Shown here in pieces: positions 7,911-13,744 of a DNA stretch of 26,873 bases. The notes beneath the pieces are model-generated. The model was given only the letters and a program-made list of their open reading frames with translations, did not search any database and was not told the DNA's origin. Origin of the DNA: Candidatus Iainarchaeum sp. (GTDB lineage: Archaea; Iainarchaeota; Iainarchaeia; Iainarchaeales; DTGL01). A program made the position numbers and the translations under genes. Numbering within the stretch: the stretch's first letter is position 1; each line of letters starts with the position of its first letter. Location: assembly GCA_038736825.1 (NCBI GenBank), contig JAVYME010000015.1, positions 1 through 26,873 of the forward strand, read 5' to 3'.

Positions 7911-8956
7911 TGGTTTTGTTTGTAGGCAGCGCCCTAATAGTTGGCATCTTCATAGGATTATTCCTGCCAAAAGAGCCAACCCCAATGGTTGCACTAGACA
8001 AAACACAACCAGCAAGCAATGACTCCGATGCAAGCACTGCAAACACAAGCGAAACAACCACAAAAATAAGCGAAGCAGACCTAAAAGCAAAAGTAAAAGA
8101 CTTCATTGAAAACAGTGACACAATTTTCTTCCAGACAAGCAGCCTAAAAGACAACGGATACAGCATTGAAATAACAAAAGTGGAAGAATTAAGCGCAGAC
8201 TTTTACACAATCTCCTTCAACTTCATGAAAGACAACAAAGTGCAAGCACCATCACAAGTTTACGCTTCAAAAGACGGCAAAACAATAATCTTTGGGCAAG
8301 CAATGGACTTAAAAGAACCAATAGTCTATGTTGCACCACCAGCTCCAGAAATGCCAAAATCCGACAAACCCAACATAAAAATGTTCGTAATGTCCTATTG
8401 CCCATATGGACAACAAGCAGAAGCAGGCCTAGGACCAGCAGTTGCCCTCTTGGGTGACAAAATAGAATTCGAACCACACTTTGTAATATACTCCAACTAT
8501 GGTTCAGGCTATCCAGACTATTGCTTTGACAAAGACTCAAAATATTGCTCCATGCACGGAATAAAAGAATTAAACGAAGACATAAGACAGTTATGCATCT
8601 GGAAATACGAAAAAGCAAAATTCTGGCCTTACGTGAACAAAATCAATGCAAACTGCAAAATGAATGAAATAGAAACCTGCTGGAAAACCCAAGCAGAAGC
8701 AGTCGGAATAGACACTGCAAAAATAGAACAATGCTTTAAAGACGAAGCACTCACCTTGCTTGAAACAGAAAAAGCCCTCAACGAAAAATACGGCGTTCAA
8801 GGCTCTCCAACAATCCTAATAAACGAAACAGAATATTCTGGCGGAAGAGCCCCAGAAAACTACAAAAACGCCATTTGCAGTGCATTCAACACACAACCAG
8901 ACGAATGCAATCAAACCTTGGGCACAGAAACAGGCACAGCAACAGGGTCATGCTAA
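7907..8956 (+). CDS. Membrane-anchored, Cys-rich thioredoxin-fold protein (DsbA/GILT-like) with a C-P-Y-G active-site position
   Basis: It has an N-terminal TM helix (VLFVGSALIVGIFIGLF) and a low-complexity S/T/D linker. The thioredoxin-like core is IKMFVMSYCPYGQQAE ... YGVQGSPTILINETEYSG (cis-Pro loop). There are about 10 Cys in the exported part. The start is uncertain: TTG 7907, ATG 7910, or fusion to the ATG at 7863. Confidence 0.7.
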   Translation: MMVLFVGSALIVGIFIGLFLPKEPTPMVALDKTQPASNDSDASTANTSETTTKISEADLKAKVKDFIENSDTIFFQTSSLKDNGYSIEITKVEELSADFYTISFNFMKDNKVQAPSQVYASKDGKTIIFGQAMDLKEPIVYVAPPAPEMPKSDKPNIKMFVMSYCPYGQQAEAGLGPAVALLGDKIEFEPHFVIYSNYGSGYPDYCFDKDSKYCSMHGIKELNEDIRQLCIWKYEKAKFWPYVNKINANCKMNEIETCWKTQAEAVGIDTAKIEQCFKDEALTLLETEKALNEKYGVQGSPTILINETEYSGGRAPENYKNAICSAFNTQPDECNQTLGTETGTATGSC

Positions 8957-9069
8957 AAACATGGCCTTCCCTTTTCCTTTTTCCCTTATTCTCTCAATTC
9001 CTCACTTAATGGGAATATTAATTAAACCTTTGCATGCCTAATTTTTACAAATTTTCAAGAGGTGCGCTT

Positions 9070-9306
9070 ATGCCAAAAGTGACAGTTTATTCCACGCCAA
9101 TATGCCCTTACTGCATAAAAGCAAAACAATTCCTAAAACAAAACAACATCAAATTTGAAGAAATAGATGTTTCCTTAAACCACGACAAAGCAATGGAAAT
9201 GGTTAAAAAATCCGGACAATCAGGCGTTCCAGTAATAGACATTGACGGCAAAATAGTGATAGGATACGATGTTCCAAGGCTGAAAAGCCTTTTAGGAATA
9301 AAATGA
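9070..9306 (+). CDS. Glutaredoxin-like protein (YruB/NrdH-like)
   Basis: MPKVTVYSTPICPYCIKAKQFL...GVPVIDIDGKIVIGYD. AGAGGTG SD at 9058-9064 lies 5 nt upstream. The upstream ATG at 9034 in the ORF track would add a non-homologous 12-aa extension. Confidence 0.85.
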   Translation: MPKVTVYSTPICPYCIKAKQFLKQNNIKFEEIDVSLNHDKAMEMVKKSGQSGVPVIDIDGKIVIGYDVPRLKSLLGIK

Positions 9307-9324
9307 GTTCAGGAGGTTTTTTTT

Positions 9325-9501
9325 ATGGCAAAAGTTTCAATTGACGCAAACAAATGCATTGGCTGCGGCACCTGTGTCGCACTATGCCCAGCAAACTATG
9401 AAATGGCAGGCGCAAAAGCCAAAGTCAGAAACGAAAAAGACACGGGTTGCGCAAAACAAGGCGCAGACAACTGCCCAGTAAACGCAATAAAAATAAAATG
9501 A
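9325..9501 (+). CDS. Small single-cluster [4Fe-4S]/[3Fe-4S] ferredoxin, 58 aa (absent from the supplied ORF track)
   Basis: My own translation is MAKVSIDANKCIGCGTCVALCPANYEMAGAKAKVRNEKDTGCAKQGADNCPVNAIKIK. The pattern C-x2-C-x2-C...CP plus a distal CP resembles Pyrococcus/Thermotoga-type ferredoxins. AGGAGG at 9311-9316 lies 8 nt before the ATG. Confidence 0.85.
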   Translation: MAKVSIDANKCIGCGTCVALCPANYEMAGAKAKVRNEKDTGCAKQGADNCPVNAIKIK

Positions 9502-9505
9502 GAAC

Positions 9506-9802
9506 ATGGTTTCAGAAAAAGAAGTGTTAAAAGCACTGGAAAGCGTAATGGACCCAGAACTGGGCTTAAGCATAGTGGACTTGGGGTTAATTTACGGAAT
9601 CCAAATTTCAGGCTCAAAAGTGCACGTCAAAATGACACTCACCAACCCCATGTGCCCAATGCAATCCTATTTGGTTGGAAACACAAGAGAAGCAATAGAA
9701 AAAATTGCAGGAAAAGGAAACGCCAAAGTCGAATTAGTGTGGGAACCAGAATGGAACCACAACCGCTTAAGCCCAAAAGCAAGAAAAAAACTGGGGTTGT
9801 AA
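9506..9802 (+). CDS. DUF59 / SufT-like Fe-S cluster assembly protein
   Basis: VLKALESVMDPELGLSIVDLGLIYGI...VKMTLTNPMCPMQSYL...VELVWEPEWNHNRLSPKARKKLGL is the canonical DUF59 (FeS_assembly_P) pattern. It starts 4 bp after the ferredoxin stop. Confidence 0.85.
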   Translation: MVSEKEVLKALESVMDPELGLSIVDLGLIYGIQISGSKVHVKMTLTNPMCPMQSYLVGNTREAIEKIAGKGNAKVELVWEPEWNHNRLSPKARKKLGL

Positions 9803-9806
9803 AAAC

Positions 9807-10370
9807 ATGAAAACAAAAACCGCTTTGCCGGCAATCGCCATCGCCCTGTTGCTTTTTTTTTCTGGTTGTTCAGACGAAAAACCAAAAAACACTTCAAACA
9901 TTCCACCAAACACTGGCGGCTCAAGCGGCAGTCCAGGCACTTCCAACCCAAGCGGTCCAACACCGCTTTCCTTCCTGCAATGCCTGAACAGCAAAGGAGT
10001 CCAAATGTATTCAGCCTATTGGTGCGATCCCTGCTATAAAAACATAGAACAAATTTTCAGTGGAACAGGCCAAAACCTAAAATTCAAAACCCAGTCAGAA
10101 ATCGAACAGGCATTCAACTACTTTAAAAACAACATTTACAAAAACTGCTATTATAGCGGAAAATGCCAAAAGAGAAACCATTTTTTCAACCAATACGGCA
10201 GCCTTTACACTCTAACTTTTGGACCAAAAACAGACCTTTTGCCAGACACAGGCTGTGTTTCAATAGAGCTTGCAACTCTGCCAACCTGGAAAACCCCAAA
10301 CGGAACATATTCTGGAATAACCCCAATTGAAACCTTGATTAGAGACACTGGTTGTGCAATCCCAAAGTGA
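9807..10370 (+). CDS. Secreted lipoprotein with a VKOR-partner-type thioredoxin-like domain (WCDPC)
   Basis: Signal peptide plus lipobox-like LLFFSGC|SD, followed by a G/S/P/T linker. GVQMYSAYWCDPCYKNIEQIF and LPTWKTPNGTYSGITPIETLIRDTG resemble the Trx-like domain fused to cyanobacterial VKOR (MYGAYWCPHC...YPTW.ING..Y.G). There is an insertion of roughly 40-45 aa between the two motifs. Confidence 0.65.
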   Translation: MKTKTALPAIAIALLLFFSGCSDEKPKNTSNIPPNTGGSSGSPGTSNPSGPTPLSFLQCLNSKGVQMYSAYWCDPCYKNIEQIFSGTGQNLKFKTQSEIEQAFNYFKNNIYKNCYYSGKCQKRNHFFNQYGSLYTLTFGPKTDLLPDTGCVSIELATLPTWKTPNGTYSGITPIETLIRDTGCAIPK

Positions 10371-10373
10371 GGC

Positions 10374-11582
10374 TTGGACGCTGGCATGAACCCAGAAAAA
10401 CTTCGCAAGGATTTTCCCTCCCTGAAAAAAGGCATAATATATTTTGACAATGCCTGCATGACCTTGCGCCCAAAACAAGTGATTGAAGCAATTTGCTCTT
10501 ACTACAACGAATTCCCCTCTTGCCCAGGCAGGTCACTGCACTCTTTTGGAAACAAAGCAACAGAAGAAATGGAAAAAGCAAGAAAAAAAATTTCAAATTT
10601 TATTGGCGCCAAAAGCGAAAAAGAAATAGTGTTCACCAGAAATGCCACTGAAGCAATAAACCTTGTATCCAAAGGAATGTATTTCAAGAAAAAGAAAACT
10701 GTCGTCATAAGCGATAGAGAACACAATTCCAATCTAGTGCCATGGCAGCAATTGCAAAAACAAGGAATAAAATTGAAAATAGTGCCATCAAAGGAAAACG
10801 AAGAATTCGACTTAAACGCTTTCAGGAAAGAAATGGATTCCAGTGTAAGGCTTGTTTCAATAGTGCACACAAGCAATATTGACGGTTACACTCTTCCAGC
10901 AAAAGAAATAATAAAAACAGCGCACGATTTTGGCGCCCTAGTTCTTCTTGATGGAGCCCAAAGCGCAGCCCATCTGCCCATAAAAGTAAAAAAACTGGAT
11001 TGCGATTTTTTTGCCTTTAGCGCGCACAAAATGTTAGGGCCAAGCGGAATGGGATGCCTTTACGGAAAAAGCGAATTGCTTAAAGAAATTAAACCGCTGG
11101 TTTCAGGTGGAAACACGGTTGCAAACACCACTTACAAAAAAACCCGGTTTTTGGAGCCACCTGAAAAATTTGAAGCAGGACTGCCAGATATTGCTGGCAC
11201 AATAGGCTTTGGATCCGCCTGCAATTACTTGGAAAAAATCGGAATGAAAAAAATAGAAAAGCATGAAAAAAAATTGAACTTTTCACTGCAAAAAGGACTG
11301 GAGGGAATTGAAAAAATTTCCTTGACTGGAGTTATAAATGCAAAAAAAAGAACCGGAATAACCTCTTTCAATTTGAAAGGCTTGGACTCACACGACATTG
11401 CAATCCTCTTGGATGAATCCAAAAAAATCGCAGTGAGGTCCGGAATGCATTGCGCTCACTCTTGGTTCAATGCAAGAAAAATCCCGGGCTGCGTGAGAGC
11501 ATCACTCTATTTGTACAACACAAAAGAAGAAGTGCAAATATTCCTAGACGAACTAATAAAGATAGCAAATTGCTTGGAATAA
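10374..11582 (+). CDS. sufS: Cysteine desulfurase, class V aminotransferase (SufS/CsdA group II type)
   Basis: HTSNIDGYTLPAKEI, DGAQSAAHLPI, FFAFSAHKMLGPSGMGCLYG (PLP lysine) and VRSGMHCAHSW (catalytic Cys loop). The start is either TTG 10374 or ATG 10386 (MNPEKLRKDFPSL). Confidence 0.9.
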   Translation: MDAGMNPEKLRKDFPSLKKGIIYFDNACMTLRPKQVIEAICSYYNEFPSCPGRSLHSFGNKATEEMEKARKKISNFIGAKSEKEIVFTRNATEAINLVSKGMYFKKKKTVVISDREHNSNLVPWQQLQKQGIKLKIVPSKENEEFDLNAFRKEMDSSVRLVSIVHTSNIDGYTLPAKEIIKTAHDFGALVLLDGAQSAAHLPIKVKKLDCDFFAFSAHKMLGPSGMGCLYGKSELLKEIKPLVSGGNTVANTTYKKTRFLEPPEKFEAGLPDIAGTIGFGSACNYLEKIGMKKIEKHEKKLNFSLQKGLEGIEKISLTGVINAKKRTGITSFNLKGLDSHDIAILLDESKKIAVRSGMHCAHSWFNARKIPGCVRASLYLYNTKEEVQIFLDELIKIANCLE

Positions 11583-11588
11583 AAAAAT

Positions 11589-11894
11589 TCAGTCAATATT
11601 CATCATCAATTTCCCCAAAGAGAGCAAAAGAGCCAATGCCAAAATAATCATGCTTGCATTCCTAAATAATGGTTTTTCTTTCTTTTTGAATGAAACAAAA
11701 GCCGTTATTCCAGCAACTAAAGCAATCAGGTAAAAAAAAGCCAGATTGTTTAATGGTGCAAAATCGTCAAACCAAGGGCATGGATTGACTCTCAAAAAAC
11801 CAGCCTTGCAATAATTCATAAAAAAAGCCAAAATAACTGCGGCAAACGAAAAGCAAAAAGAAAGAAACCCGAATTTGTTTTCCTTCAACTCCAA
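11589..11894 (-). CDS. Small hypothetical membrane protein (3 predicted TM helices)
   Basis: The track ORF begins at a GTG inside the tRNA-Leu acceptor stem (11924). I prefer the TTG at 11894, which is preceded by GGAGGTG with 5-nt spacing, giving MELKENKFGFLSFCFSF.... I recognise no family. Confidence 0.35.
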   Translation of the reverse strand: MELKENKFGFLSFCFSFAAVILAFFMNYCKAGFLRVNPCPWFDDFAPLNNLAFFYLIALVAGITAFVSFKKKEKPLFRNASMIILALALLLSLGKLMMNID

Positions 11895-11919
11895 AAAGCC
11901 ACCTCCAGCCAAAAGAGAT

Positions 11920-12003
11920 TGCACGGAGGCGGATTCGAACCGCCGAACGCACTAAGCGACGGGATCTTGATTCCCGCGGGTTTAACCGCTTCCCTATCCG
12001 TGC
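11920..12003 (-). tRNA. tRNA-Leu (anticodon CAA), class II with long variable arm, no intron, no encoded CCA
   Basis: Folded by hand. Acceptor GCACGGA/TCCGTGC with discriminator A. 3-bp D stem. Anticodon stem CGGGA/TCCCG with loop A-U-CAA-G-A. 15-nt variable arm (CGC/GCG stem). T arm GGCGG-TTCGAAT-CCGCC. Confidence 0.9.
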
Positions 12004-12092
12004 ATTAAAATTTTTTGTTTTGAATTGTTGTTGCGCCTATTAATGGTATTGCACGCTCTGGTTTTAAAATTTGCTGGAACTTTTTTTTCATC

Positions 12093-12467
12093 TTACTTTA
12101 TTTCTATTATTTTTCCGCCATGCAATGGAATGCCCTTGCCTCTCAAGAATATGGCGCCATAATCTCCTTCTTTTAAGATCTTAACCTTGTCTTGGTTTAT
12201 GCGGATTTCAGCTATCTTGAACTCTTTTCCGCCTATCAAGGCTTTGTTTTTTGTGGTTATGGTGCCTTTTTTGACGGTTCCGCGAACCATTGCTTGGGTT
12301 TTTGATTGATAGTAGCCATCCACTTGGAATTCAGTGGAATCTGGCTTGGCTTCAACGGGTTTTTCCTCTTCTTTTGCTGTTTTTTCTTTTTTGTGTAATG
12401 GAATGCAAACTCCGTAAGAGCGAGTTTTTTCCTCTTTTTTGCCTAAGATTTTTTCCAAAAAACCCAT
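12093..12467 (-). CDS. Small protein with a C-terminal EF-Tu domain-II-like beta-barrel, hypothetical
   Basis: MVRGTVKKGTITTKNKALIGGKEFKIAEIRINQDKVKILKEGDYGAIFLRG resembles the translation-factor domain II pattern (G.V..G.i..g..v.......kv.si......v..a..Gd.v.i.l.g). The N-terminal ~50 aa are a K/E-rich low-complexity stretch. Confidence 0.4.
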   Translation of the reverse strand: MGFLEKILGKKEEKTRSYGVCIPLHKKEKTAKEEEKPVEAKPDSTEFQVDGYYQSKTQAMVRGTVKKGTITTKNKALIGGKEFKIAEIRINQDKVKILKEGDYGAIFLRGKGIPLHGGKIIEIK

Positions 12468-12531
12468 GCTATCTGGAAAGAGTTTTGCCGAAAAAGGCTT
12501 AAAAACAGTGCCTTGAATTGCAGGAAAACTC

Positions 12532-12540
12532 TTTTAATAA
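12532..12540 (+). promoter_or_regulatory. TATA-box candidate TTTTAATAA, 23 nt upstream of the CorA-like ATG (leaderless architecture)
   Basis: There is no SD between the box and the ATG at 12563. The same CTTTTAATA box and spacing occur upstream of the antiporter gene. Confidence 0.4.
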
Positions 12541-12562
12541 GTAGCTTTTTTTATTTTCTTTC

Positions 12563-13651
12563 ATGTCAAAAAAAGCCTTTGAGCCGCCAAACTATCTTTT
12601 TAGCGCGTATTTTTCGAATTTGCCTGAGAGAAGCTATTGCATTTCTGTTTCAAAGCAGAATGTGACTTCCAAGAACGAGGGTCGCGATTACGAGGACTTT
12701 AATGGAATAGTTGCAGAATCTCTTATTAGCTGGGTTAACTGTTGTGTTGAAAACCCTGAAAAAATGCTTTCAGAGATAGCGGAAAACTTTGGCTTTAGAA
12801 AGGACTTGGTTCAAGCCCTTTTAGCCAAAAACCTTTCAGAGTATGTTGACTTTGACACAGAGCTGGGGCTTCTTCTGCCAGCAGTGAGAGTGGACGGCTT
12901 GGAGGTTCAAATCTCGCCAGTCTATTTTCTTATAAAAAAGCATTTAATAGTTTCAATCCATGGAAGGAATGTAACGCGCTTTGTGCAGTTCTTCAAATAT
13001 GCTGAAACCTTTGTCAAAAAAATTCCAAAAAACACTCCGGCTGAAGACCGTCTTACCCTGATTTTAATAAGGCTTTTGGACAAAAACAATGAAAAAAACT
13101 TTGAAAACCTGCGCTACATAGAGGAAGAGGGGGACAAAATAAACGCTTTGCTCATTGATCCAAATTCTCCAAGATCAAAGATTGGCACTGAAATGTATAA
13201 AATGAAGCATGCGCTTATCTCTTATTTGGGGGCTCTTTGGGGTTCGCTGGACGTTGTCAACTCTTTAAGGTATGGTGACAGCGAGCTAATCACGGATAAC
13301 CCGCACATTTTAAAGAATTTTTCTCTTTTAGCAAAAGAAATTACCACTCAAATCTCTATAAGCGAGCACATGAGCGAGGTTTTGGCTTCAGGTTTAGAGG
13401 TTCTGCAAAGCATTTACAACAACCAACTCCAAATATTAAACAACCGCCTTTCACTACTGGTTACATGGCTTTCCATTTTGGGCACAGCAATTGTTATTCC
13501 AAACACGTTGGGCACAATTTTTGGAATTCCAGCGATTAGTGACATGATGGATGCCAACACAATAATATTAGTGCTTGTTGTCTCCACAATAGTTAGCGCT
13601 ATAGCCGCCTATCTTGTTGTAAAAAAATTCTTGCCAAGGCAAATGGACTGA
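12563..13651 (+). CDS. CorA-superfamily divalent-cation channel-like protein with non-canonical pore motif (G-I-P instead of G-M-N)
   Basis: A large soluble N-terminal domain is followed by two C-terminal TM helices joined by a short loop. VIPNTLGTIFGIPA aligns with T. maritima CorA MPLTFIAGIYGMNF. The basic C-terminal tail is VVKKFLPRQ. Confidence 0.7.
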   Translation: MSKKAFEPPNYLFSAYFSNLPERSYCISVSKQNVTSKNEGRDYEDFNGIVAESLISWVNCCVENPEKMLSEIAENFGFRKDLVQALLAKNLSEYVDFDTELGLLLPAVRVDGLEVQISPVYFLIKKHLIVSIHGRNVTRFVQFFKYAETFVKKIPKNTPAEDRLTLILIRLLDKNNEKNFENLRYIEEEGDKINALLIDPNSPRSKIGTEMYKMKHALISYLGALWGSLDVVNSLRYGDSELITDNPHILKNFSLLAKEITTQISISEHMSEVLASGLEVLQSIYNNQLQILNNRLSLLVTWLSILGTAIVIPNTLGTIFGIPAISDMMDANTIILVLVVSTIVSAIAAYLVVKKFLPRQMD

Positions 13652-13715
13652 ATTATTCCCACGGGTTTTTAATTAAAACAACAGTAATCAATTCAAAAGG
13701 CTCTTTCAGAAAAAC

Positions 13716-13723
13716 TTTTAATA
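13716..13723 (+). promoter_or_regulatory. TATA-box candidate TTTTAATA, 22 nt upstream of the antiporter ATG (leaderless architecture)
   Basis: CTTTTAATAC at 13715-13724, ATG at 13745, and no SD in between. Confidence 0.4.
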
Positions 13724-13744
13724 CTGAATAGTGTTATTTTTTGC

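Noticed and set aside
9034-9069. Upstream ATG extension of the glutaredoxin-like ORF.
   Set aside because: The SD AGAGGTG lies inside this extension and serves the ATG at 9070. Homologues start directly at the first beta strand.
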